From: Octopus sinensis | Lineage: Eukaryota | Reading direction: 5' to 3' | Assembly (NCBI RefSeq): GCF_006345805.1 | Contig: NC_042997.1 | Span: forward strand, 165,974,001 to 166,038,000 | DNA length: 64,000 nt | Part shown: piece by piece, positions 40,501 through 53,069 of the stretch | Numbering within the stretch: the stretch's first letter is position 1 | Layout: the number at the start of each line of letters is the position of its first letter | Program-made: the position numbers and the translations under genes | Notes under the pieces: model-generated | Seen by the model: the letters and a program-made list of their open reading frames with translations, nothing else | What the model was told of the DNA's origin: nothing | The model's database searches: none

Positions 40501-43500
40501 TCACTTCAAGCTGCAATGCTTTTCCCATGGTCAGCCCGACGTTGATTATTTGGAAATGGCAACAATCTCTTCATACTCACACCAAATGGTAAAACCAAGA
40601 ATGTTGCTTATCCTGTTACTTTACTGTGATCCCCAAATGTCACAGTGATACAAAATTATTTAAATGTGCTGATTTTAAGGTATATATTTATATCAATGTA
40701 AGCATCATCGGCGCAGTAAAATTTATAATTAAATCATTCATTTGTTCTGCTCATTTCGGTCATAGCAAATCGGAAAAGTTACATTTAGTAGACGAACGTT
40801 TTCACCAGGTGAGAAATACTGCACTCGACGCCGTGTGATTTGGATTATTTGTTCAATAGTAGTTTTCTGTAGATCTTTATCGTTACTATTTTCGCAAAAT
40901 TCTGCAACAGATCAAAAAATAAATAAATGGATAAATGCATAAATAGATGTTTTTGAGACTGTACACTACTTTCAATATTCTAAATAGTTTTCTTATTTAG
41001 GCACAAGGTCAAAAATATTTGGTGAACAAATTCTAAATATATCTATATGATGAATAGAAAGTAGCATAAACATTCTGTGAACAATGAATGAATTCTTTTT
41101 TATTGCAGAGATGAAGGACACTATATGATTCTGGTCCCAAGAAATTTTGTTCATGGCAAGCCTAACAACATCAGTGTTACGATGTATAAAACTACTGAGG
41201 AGGAATCAATAACGTTCGAAGTCTTCAGACTGAATGAAACTTATCTTACAGTTGAAACGACAGTTAGTCCAGGTAAATATAACTAAAATATATTGCGTTC
41301 ATAATTTCATCGCCATTATATTTCAATAAAATATTAGAATAAATCTGTATCATAAAAATGGTTAAAGAATGTTTTTGTAAAGAATCTGGAATAATGTGGA
41401 ATATGTTCATAAACGGGACCTTCTCTTTATACGTGCTTCTCTACATATAGTTTTCAGCTTCTCTGTTTTTGATAATTTTTTTGAAGTTGTTAGGTTGTAT
41501 GTTGAATAAGAGCGTGAATTTTTTTAATGGAGCTACATAGAGAGCTTTTTAGAGTACCCCTTAGGTGATGTCATTTTGTAAATTCAGAGTACAAGAACTG
41601 CTTGGATATTCTTCTCTATGGTATCCATTGTGCATGTCCAATCCTATGTTTTGTAATAATGATTTGGATTCTCACGGATTTCGCTGTGGACATTCCTTTC
41701 TTTTTAATGAGGCTTCACACGTTGACATAATTTATGTCGATATGCTACCCAATTAAGCAAGATGCTGTCGAGATAGGTGAATGATGAGACTTCCACGACT
41801 AATTCATCATTGTTAATTTGAAGTAGTTTTCTTTTGGTTTTCAGAAAGCTGATATTGAGTGAGATTCTTTATTTCGTCTTAAGTAAAAATAATGAAGGTG
41901 CATAACTTAGTGGTTAGTGTATTCGGCTTACGGTCATAAGGTCATGAATTCGATTACTGGCGGTGCGTCGTCTCCTTGAGAAAGATACTTTATTTCACAT
42001 TGCTGCAGTCCACTCAGCTTGCAAAACTGAATAGTACCTGTATTTCAAATGGTCAGCCTTGTCACGTTCTATGTCACACGGAATCTCCATGAGAATTATG
42101 TTAAGGGTACACGTCTCTCTGGAGTGCTCAGTCACTTGCACGTTAATTTCACGAGCATGCTGCTTCATTGATCGGATGAATTGTAACCCACGTCGTCGTA
42201 ACCGATGGAGTGCTAGTTGTTTTTAAGTAAAAATATAATAAAATAGACATCAAGCGCGTACACACACACACACACCACACACACACACATTTACAAATGT
42301 TTGTTTTTACCCACACACTTACAAATATTTGTTTTTATGTTATATAAAGTCAAAGGTTAATTGAAGTATCACCCAATAAATATAAATTAAGTAGCAAGCT
42401 CTTTCACGTCATTTCATGATAGTTTATTCTTATTTTGTCAGAGGAGATGAAGCAATACCTCTGTTGAAAGGGGCGTAAATATTATAGAATCCCATTTGAA
42501 TCTTCTATATACTTTTCACTGTGTAGTTAAGTGATAAATTAATGTATTTATCACAGTGAGTCAATAATCAAAGATAAGCTCTCAGTAACCTTAGTCTACG
42601 AGTTAGATTAGATTCCCGATTGATACTCTTTTCTTCTTTCATTCGCGAGAAATGATTCTTGAAAACAGTGAATATCACAAGTTCACATTAAGCATTAACC
42701 GATAACTTTAGACATAAAATGTTTCGAGTCTTAATTTTAAATTGCCTAAGCTGAAAACTCTATGAGCCGAGTTGGTTTTATTTGATCATTGAAGCTATAT
42801 TTTTCCCAGACACATGCGTTTTACTTACGTTCTTGGAGAAAAACCTCCCAGAACAAACGGCATTATTAACAAGCTTAAATATTATGTTTCATGCCTACTG
42901 ATGGAAATAAACAGAAATTCACTCCGGTGTACTTTCCTTGTATATAAGTGTCAGTGTCAGTTGAAACTGACTGGAAAAATAAATATTATTGTTTTGAAAT
43001 GTCACATGAATAAAAGCATGATGTGATATGTGATCAAAATAATCTGTATGTGTTACTTCTATTTTCAGATAGCTCTAAGTTCGTGGAACTGGTAAGTCTA
43101 TATGTTACTTCTATTTCTTCATACAGCTGTATTCCTTCTATCATTTAGCTTAACTTTGTTAAAATTGCATTTACTTTCTAAAAGCATTTGAATCAAAAAT
43201 TATTTTTGTTTTAGCTACTTTAAAAATTTTTTATAATTTTAAAAATCATTGTGGTTTAAAAGCATTTATTTGTGAATCTAGCACTTTTTAACCTGTTGTC
43301 CGATAAAACAAGTAACAACAATTAATTACCTAATCCCTTCATCTCATAAATTATAGAAAACAAAAACAAAAAAGGTAAAAATTCACTCTCTCACCTTAAT
43401 TTTGAGAACTGATCTCATTTTTCAGTTCTATATTTAAGGGCTGAGGAATTATGTACATTATTTACATTTGACGGAAATTTGTCCTCATCTTGTTTGTTTT

Positions 43501-43550
43501 TAATACGTTTCATCATACCCTCCAGCCTTCATCAGGTGCCTTGGGAAAAA

Positions 43551-43587
<37 letters not shown>

Positions 43588-44637
43588 CGGGCATACGGCG
43601 TAGTGGTTAAGAGCATGGGATACTAACCCCAAGATTCTTAGTTCGATTCCAGGCGGTGACCTGCATAATAATAATAATAATAATAATAATAACACATCGA
43701 AAAAATAACTTAGGAATAAGAACCCAGGTTCGAAATTTCCTCTAGACATCTGATGAAGGCTGGAGGGTATATCAGCCGAAACGTTGCATTAACAATATAC
43801 AAGATGACGACAAATATCCGTCAAATGTAAATTATGTAAATAATGATCTCATTTTTGCTATTTAATGAAATATTTTGCTTTATTCATAGACGTTGCCTCC
43901 TGAACTAAAAGAGCACTATTCAGTAAAGATAAGAGCTACTGGAAGAGGCGCTATTGAATTTAATTCAACTACTTCTATATGGATATCTAAAGGAGATGAC
44001 ATATATACACTAAATACGCAGGCAATTCGGGCACAATTGGACAGGCCTTTCTACAGCAGCAGCCAGTGGGGTAAGTAACATTAAGTATATCTATATTTAG
44101 ATACTGCTTGCAATTCTGGATAAAAAAATGTCACTTTTGTTTCATATACAATAAATTGTAGATTTTTTCTGAACCCCAAAAGGACAAAAAAGAAAAGAAA
44201 GAAAGAAAGAAAAGAAATTAGCTTTAATCTTTTATGTTAAGGTCTGGTGCATATTCTATCTGGTTGTTTTGCTGAACCTCTAAGTTACGGGGAATTAAAC
44301 AAACCAACACTTGTTCTGATATTTGCGTACGCAGGCATCCCGACATCAGCATACACAAATATCAAAACAAGTCTAACATCACCATACACATAGAACTACC
44401 CACATACCCCAATCAACCTTTTCATAAATGAAAATTGGTAAACAACCTTCAGGTATACATTCGCTGTTTCAACGTTAATACCATATCGCCTGAGGAAATG
44501 AACACATGAATATGATCCAACCGATGCCCATGGACTATAATCATCCCAGGAATATGGACTATGATTGTAAGAAACATGTATTTTGGGGAAACGCGCGTAG
44601 TGATACTTTGAGATTTTTGTAAAATCCATCCGAGGAT

Positions 44638-44678
<41 letters not shown>

Positions 44679-44831
44679 TTATTACTATATTTATTTTATA
44701 TCATATCGGTGCAGCTCAGTACAACCCTATAAAACTGTTATTGCTAGTTGATATTAAGCAGTAGCCGGCGTAATAAAATAGGGGCTTTTATTTGCATACT
44801 TAAACACGTTTCCCGTAAACGAACTTATAGG

Positions 44832-44886
<55 letters not shown>

Positions 44887-45065
44887 ATTACTGTGAAGCA
44901 TTGTGTAGAATATATTGTATAAAGATCGTGGGTAAGGCGAAAACAATGCGAAATAAATGCAAGGTAAATCACAAGAAAACAAATATGTGAATTAATGTAG
45001 ACTTACCTTGTAATCAATATTTCGGGGTTATGACCCCATTTTCAAGAAATTAACGAATTTCTTGA

Positions 45066-45105
<40 letters not shown>

Positions 45106-47149
45106 GGTAATTTTCTACTCCTTATGCAGAGTCTGACCATCTCTTGTACCCACACCTTAGATTCATCATGGCGTCTGATGTGGCTTTTTAAACCAGACAA
45201 TGTGTTGAAAAGACTCCCACATAGATTACATAACTGATTTGGGACACCAAGAGCTGTTAAGTTCTGATCTTTGTGAATATCAAAATGTTTTTTCAGGCCT
45301 CCGTTAGATTTGCAGACCTTATGGCATACATGGCATTGAAAGGTGTGCACAGATATATAGGCAAAGTTCGCTTTTCATGGGTCCGCAAGTGAGATTTGAG
45401 CCCAGCATGGTCTGTCACAAATTGTGAACACAAAAAGGTCGCTGAGATTAACCTTCTTGATTGCAACATTCTTCTTTAAACCTCTTCTGAGTTTTGCATG
45501 TGTCATAATGGCCTCTTCAAAAGCTTTCACTCCACCCCACACTTTTGTTCGTCATCCAGCTCGATCTGAATTAAGGGTTTCTATGGCCTTTTGATTCATT
45601 CCAAGTGAGTTCATGGTAATCCTTATGCCGTCCTTAAACCTCTTTTTGGGTTTACACCGATTGCGCTTCCCCTCTGCAAACTCGTCATAAACAGCTGTTT
45701 GAGTGTGTGTTCATTCGCCATTCGAACAATATGGCCAGACCATCTCATTTGACTTTTAATTGAAGTGATGCCTGCAGACTCAAAGACATCTGTATCTGGT
45801 GTAAAAGAGTCCCATTTATTTTTTAAAATGCGTTGAAGGCATTTTTGGTGAAATCGTTCTAACAGTCTGTCATTCATTACACGTCCATATTATTTTACAT
45901 TCTACTTTCTTTCAGTTCGTATGCGTACTTTTGGTTTGAATATGAACTTAACAACTGTGCAGCAGCCAATGAATATATCTGTATTTGTGAGTTAATTTTT
46001 TTTATCATTCGTTTGTATTAATTCAAATGCCCTCCTCCAGAATTTCCTAAGCAAAAAAAGTTCTGTTCAACATTTCAATATAATCGAAATGATGCTGGAA
46101 ATTGAAGATTAAGACAAATTTATTCTTTTTAAACAAGAAATACAAGTCAAATCATCGCTTTGTGACAAGGTCCAAGACACATCATAACACCCTAAAGTGT
46201 GGAAACACACTGTTGAGGAACTATTGAGCTATACTACATCTGCTAGATTCGCGTTATGTTATATTATTGTAGTGTATAACTCAGATATAAGCAGCACACA
46301 CAAAAGTAAGCTTTCGTTTTTTTCCTGCTTATTTCTAGCAAAAACGTTTGTTTTAATACATATACTGACTTTATAGTCACTTCAGAGGTTTTGTTCTGAT
46401 TTCCTCTTCTTGACAGAACACTTAAATCTACCTGTCTCACTTAAACAAGCGATGGGAAATAAGTATCAAATTTTCGAAACAATATAAAATACACTATCAA
46501 TTTTAATACCACTGTTTTCAATGTATGTTTTTTTGTTTTAGGATCCAAACGGTAATATGTTGGCAAAATGGACTAATGAGCACAGCCCCTCAGGTTTGTA
46601 AACCTGCACTTAATCTATTTAATAATTATTTAAAATTTGGGCAAGTTAGTAAAATAAGATCCAGATTAGTTGAGTTTGGAACCCAAATTCGACACAGAGA
46701 TGCACCAATTTCACTTCACTCGCATTTCTAACCATTTCATTCTGCTCGCCTGAAAATTGGGGACATTAGGGCTTTGTAGAAATCATTTATATGAGCTCAA
46801 AAATATTATCCTTTGTTAATAATATCATATATTACAATGTTTAATATTTGCAAAGCAATGAAAATAACAGCTTCAGTTTGAGAATGCGAATGTTTCATAA
46901 GAGTTCATTAATATAACTCATTTTGCATCTCATTGCTTTGGCTTTCAATATTGTGTCGGCAATGTTCTTCTGTTCATCAAAAGGAAGAATGAAATATATA
47001 TAATTAAATACAAAAATAATATATCATCATCACCGTCGACGTCGTCGTCCTCGTCGTTTAACGTCTGCTTTCCATGCTGGTTTGGGTTGGACGGTTTGAC
47101 TGAGAAAAGTGTATTGCATCACTTTACCAGAACTATGTATATATATATG

Positions 47150-47182
<33 letters not shown>

Positions 47183-48738
47183 GTATATAAACCTACATAC
47201 ATATATACATACATACATATATACATACATACATACATACATACATACATACATACATACACATATATATATATATATATGCGTGTGTTTGTGTATGAAT
47301 GCGTATATGGGTTATCCTTTCATTGAATTGAACCTTACCATCTCAAAAGCTGTTCTTGATTTAAGATGAGCACCGTTCTCTTAGATTCACAAAGGAGTGG
47401 TATGAGACGTTAAGAAGACGAGTAAAAAACTCAATACCGTTGGATAATGGGTAACCTTTTGCACAAGTGAATTCACTCTGGACGGCGAGCCAATGGTTAG
47501 CTTGTTAATTCTACAGCTATGTAACACTTTATAACGGTTCAATATGTTACATGTGGTACTTACGCCTAAGTAAAATCAGTTAATGTTTGTCATTGTCGCA
47601 GATACACACGCACGGTTGGTTATGCGCCTTAACGACGGCTGTCCGGGCTATAATCGCATTTATAACCTTCAATATCAGCAATTATACTTAGTAAAATAAT
47701 CTTTAATTATGTTTCAGGTGTTGTTTCCAAAAGTTTCCAACTATCTGATAAACCAACTACTGGAACGTGGCATTTCAAAATATGTCAAGGGGTAAGTTGA
47801 ATTTCCCTATATTACTGAACGCTACAGTTTCAGAGTTCAAATTGCCTAATGGCAATCTCTCAGTTCACTGATAATCAAGAAATTCTTCATCCGATGTCAG
47901 TGACGATATTCCTAATTACATTTGGGTGTGTTAAGAGTTTTTTCATTAGGTATTCCCTTTGGTTAAGTTCGTGGCAACAGTTACATTTACATAAAATATT
48001 TTGAATATACCTGTAAGGTTTTCCTTGAACTTATCGCTGGCAAAGCTATTCATATTGTTTAAGATTGCTTAACAGTCGTCTCAGTACAGAACCGAATACT
48101 GGAGTGTGTGTGGTTTTTAGGATATCTAGGATAAATTAACAGACCAGGTCGGCGACTTCATCCCCGTTGTGGCTCTCCGTGGATACGTCGAGCAGTGGGT
48201 ATGCTGGTCCTGCCTCTTTTAATCAGTAAGCATTATCAAAGAAAAGTTATTTCCTAGCTTTCAGAATTATTTTGATATCGTTGTTCCTGATTCTAATGAA
48301 TTGTTTTTCGAAGTCTAAGGTTTTCAAGAGGAGGTTGTCTTGATACGGAAGTGTAGAAATATAGATATTAAACTGATTCAATCTACAAGCTGCTTTCACC
48401 TTTGTGGATATGCTATGCTATACATTGTATACCTTATACCAGGCACATGGCCTAGTGGTTAGAGCAGCGGACTCACGGTCGAGGGATCGCGGGTTCGAAT
48501 CTCAGACCGGGCGATGTGTGTGTTTATAAGTGAAACACCTAAGCTCCACGCAGTTCCGGCAGAAGGTAATGGCGAACTTCTGCTGACTCTTTCGTCACAA
48601 CTTTCTCTCACTCTTCCTTCCTGCATCTTGCAGGTCACCTGCGACGGACCGGCGTCCCCTCCAGGTGGGGAACCTATACGCCAATGAGACTGGGAAACCG
48701 GCCCTTATGAGCCAGGCATGGCTCAAGAAGGAACAACA

Positions 48739-48769
<31 letters not shown>

Positions 48770-51078
48770 ATATAATCTCTTATTTGTTTCAGTCATTAGA
48801 AATCGGTCATGCTAGGGCATACACATTGATTTCATCATCAATTTACGCTCGTTTTCCATGCTGACATATGTTGGACAGTTTGACAAGATACAGAATCTGT
48901 CTCCTTTCAAGAACTGCATCGTGCTCCAATATCTGCTTTAGTCAGGTGTCTATGGCTGGATGCCCTTCCTAACGCCGACTAAGTTACAGCGTGGACTGGG
49001 TGCATTTTTCGTGACACCAGCATTGTTGAGGTCGCCATACAGCTCACAGATCTATAAACCTTGAGGTGGGGATACGAGGAGATGAATGCAGAAAAAACTG
49101 GAAGGTAAGCAACAGGTGTAGTAAAGCTGAAACAGTTGTCAGGCGGAGGACACGAGAGAGAGGGTGATGTCGGAGTCGGGGGTAGCAGGAAGAGGCAGAT
49201 CTTATTTCGTTACTGCCCACAAGGGGCTACATACAGAGGGGAGAAAACAAGGACAGACAAACGGATTAAGTCGATTATATCGACCCCAGTGCGTAACTGG
49301 TACTTATTTAATCGACCCCGAAAGGATGAAAGGCAAAGTCGACCTTGGCGGAATTTGAACTCAGAACGCAGCTCGGACGGAATACCCCAAATCATTTCGC
49401 TCGGCGTGCTAATGATTCTGCCAGCTCTACTGCATATCTGCTGCATAGGAGGTGGGATGCCTCACATTGCTGATTAAAGTGTGGCGTGTGTATATATAAA
49501 ATTCATATGTATATTTCCACTAGGGATATGAATCTATGTTAAAACAAACGATATTTAAAATTTTTATATTAATGAACGTTCTTTGATTTATTTTCTACGT
49601 GTCATGTCTATGCGTGTCATTTAGCTCACACTAAAACTATATTTCTAAAACTAATCGATAAATTACAATTGATATATTTTTCTCACATTTTTGCAGAAGG
49701 ACGAGGCTTTCGTATATTTCAAAGTTCGTTCATACTGTAAGTAGTAATTTTTTTAAATATTTTTTTTTACTCTTAATTGATAATAATTTAATTTCAAAAT
49801 AAGGCGGCGAGCTGCTAGATTCGTTAGCACGCCAGACAAAATGTTTAGCGGCATTTCGTACGTTTTTACGTTCTGCGTTTTTATGTATGTATTTGCCAAT
49901 TGATTTCGCTTTATATTCTCACGTTCTCATCTTCCGTTTCCATTTAGCATTACCGAAATTTGAAGTGAATGTCGATGCTGCTCATCATATAGTCGACTTC
50001 AGTATGGGATATCTTTATTTGTTGCATGAAACTTTCGATGTCAACGTTACAGCACAGTAAGTTATTCATTTATAAAACTAAATGATATGAGTAACTTTTT
50101 TCTTCTAGTTCATGTTATCAAATCCAAATACATTGCGCATGTAGCTAGATAGATATAGTCGTTTACTTGCTTCAGTCATAAGACTGCGGCCATGCTGGGG
50201 CACCGCCTTGAATAACTTTAGTCGAACCAACTGACCTCAGTATTTATTATCTTTTAAGCTCGGTAACTATTATATTGGTCTCTTTTGCCACTGAGACACG
50301 GGGACGTAAACACACAAACACCGGTTACCAAGCGCTGATGGGGCACAGCCATAAATACTCACGCACATGCGCACACAGACATACACACACACATACACAC
50401 ACATACGCACGCATGCACGCACACACGATTTAAAGTTAAGAGTTTCACTTCATTCTATGATTCTGCTATATTTTCCCCAACATCCATTACGTTGGACTCT
50501 CTCTCTCTCTAAAACTTTCTAACTATGGGTTTATTCTTTCTGCCAATTGCTTTCAATAGTTGTTTGAAAGTTCTCAGATAAACCAGGCAAACCTCGATTC
50601 ATTGGCTGGAAAAATTATGTTGTATTTTAGAGGAACATATTCCAATTTCCACATTATCAAAAAGCTCATTTAGGTCCACTGGGTGGCATGGTATATTGTC
50701 TAAAAGGAGCAATGCTTTGTTGAGAATATTTTGTTCTACACTGCACCTTTCTACAGTATGACAAAAAATATTTGCAAACCACTCTTTGAAAAAGCTCTTC
50801 GTCATCCATGCCTTCTTATATGAAAACCAAATCAGAGATAAATTATACTTTACATAATCCTTGATAGCCCGTGGATTTTCAGAGAGATACGCATATAAGA
50901 ACCAAGGGCAAGGCATTTCTATATAGAATAAGTGCCAGACGAATTTTGGGAGCTTTAAATCTTGGTGTTGACTTTTGCCCTGGAGAAATAAAAGTTCTGC
51001 GATTCTATATCTATCGTTCATGGAAGAATTGCTGCTGTCTCTAGCTGCGGGCCGCTAATAATAGTAATAATAATAATA

Positions 51079-51119
<41 letters not shown>

Positions 51120-51228
51120 TAATAATAATAATAAGTGATCCCTTACTATTTAACAAATGTGTGTGTGTGTGCACATTTACATACTTACGTATATACATAC
51201 ATACGTAAACGTGTGTGTGTGTGTGTAA

Positions 51229-51271
<43 letters not shown>

Positions 51272-51555
51272 CATACATTATAATTAATTCGTTAATCATC
51301 TTATGTGAGAACGCTAGTGCACGTCCAGTGCATATGCTTATCCATACAAACTACACATACACGCATACACACATATACATACACACATATGCTTTATATG
51401 GCTGTGTGGTAAGCAGCTTGCTTACCAACCACATAGTTCTTGGTTCAGTCCCACTGCGTGGAACCTTGGGCAAGTGTCTTCTACTATAGCCTCGGGCCTA
51501 CCAAAGCCTTGTGAGTGGAATTGGTAGACGGGAACTGAATAAAGCCTGCCGTATA

Positions 51556-51631
<76 letters not shown>

Positions 51632-53013
51632 TGCGTGTGTGCGCGCGCGCGTTCTGTTCATGTTATATATATTATATTCATGTATAAATATATAATTTTA
51701 TGATTTTATTCAAACTATTCAACAGTTACACCTTTGGAAAACCTGTGACTGGTAAATTGGAATTAAATGTTAGTTTGGGACATCGACAGGAATATACAAT
51801 TCATAAAGTTATGAATGTAAGTATTAGAGTTTTATTAAGAATGAATACTATTAAGAAAGTATAATAATTTTCTATAGAAAAATTTTTGCATTATTTAGTA
51901 TATCATGGAATTCTTAAAGATGTTTTGTTAATCCAGTACTTCAAACAAATGAAATGATATAGTGTTTAAAACTATATATCCTTTCCGTATATTTGATGTA
52001 GTTTCTCATGCGTAGATGACTACTCCTTTCTGAAATATGTGACAATTTATATATCTATGCCAGAGATCATTATTAAGAAGTGTTGATAGTGTTGTAAGGA
52101 TGAACCGATAAAGACCGACCGATAAGAACCGACCTATATGCGTTGTAGTATAAATCTAAGCCTCTTTACATTCTGGGTTTTCATCCTAATCTTTTCCAGT
52201 TATCATTGTTAAATTTATAACGTTTTGTATGTTTTAGCTATCCATGTTTTATGTTTGTCACTATTTCAAATGAAATAAAATATTTTTATTCTTTAATCAA
52301 AGAAAGAAGGATAGCGTCTATGAATCCTTTTTCTAGAGCTTCCCGAAAAAAATTATCCTTAAACTAGAGATTTGGCCTGAATGTTCACAAAATCCAGGTG
52401 ATGGTGTTAATCAAGACGACGAATTAAGTTTACAAATTATGCATATAAAATCTGACATTCTATTGCAAATTCTCGAGTCAAAATGTGTAATTTCAATGTT
52501 TAAACATTTTCTTGCTCATTGATAACAAACACGTCAATAAAGACAATATATTGATTTATTATTCATTTCATTTTATAGATCTCTGGTTCTGTGAGTGTGA
52601 ATATCCCATTCCGGGAATTGCTTGAATCAAATGACACTATTCATGTCCCTCAATATAGGTCTTACTGTAATATCCCTAATATTGTAATAAAGGCAAAAGT
52701 CACTGAGGCTTTAACGCAAAAATCAATGATGTCACCGGAAGCTACTATCAAGGTTGAGTCTGCACCCATCAGAGTCTCTCATTCATCAAGCCGCAATTTG
52801 AAATATGGTTTACCAAATTTTTCAGATGTAAGTACACTACAAGGATTGAAAATTTGCTTTAAATAATTTTAACGCGCTATACACCCAAATGATCTATCTA
52901 ATCCATATATACTTAAATTTCAAATGAGGGTGAGAAATTAGATATTAATTTAATTAATATCGATTTCACACCAGTGGTCTAGCGTAAAAAAACCTGAAGG
53001 TTCAGTAAAATTG

Positions 53014-53069
<56 letters not shown>

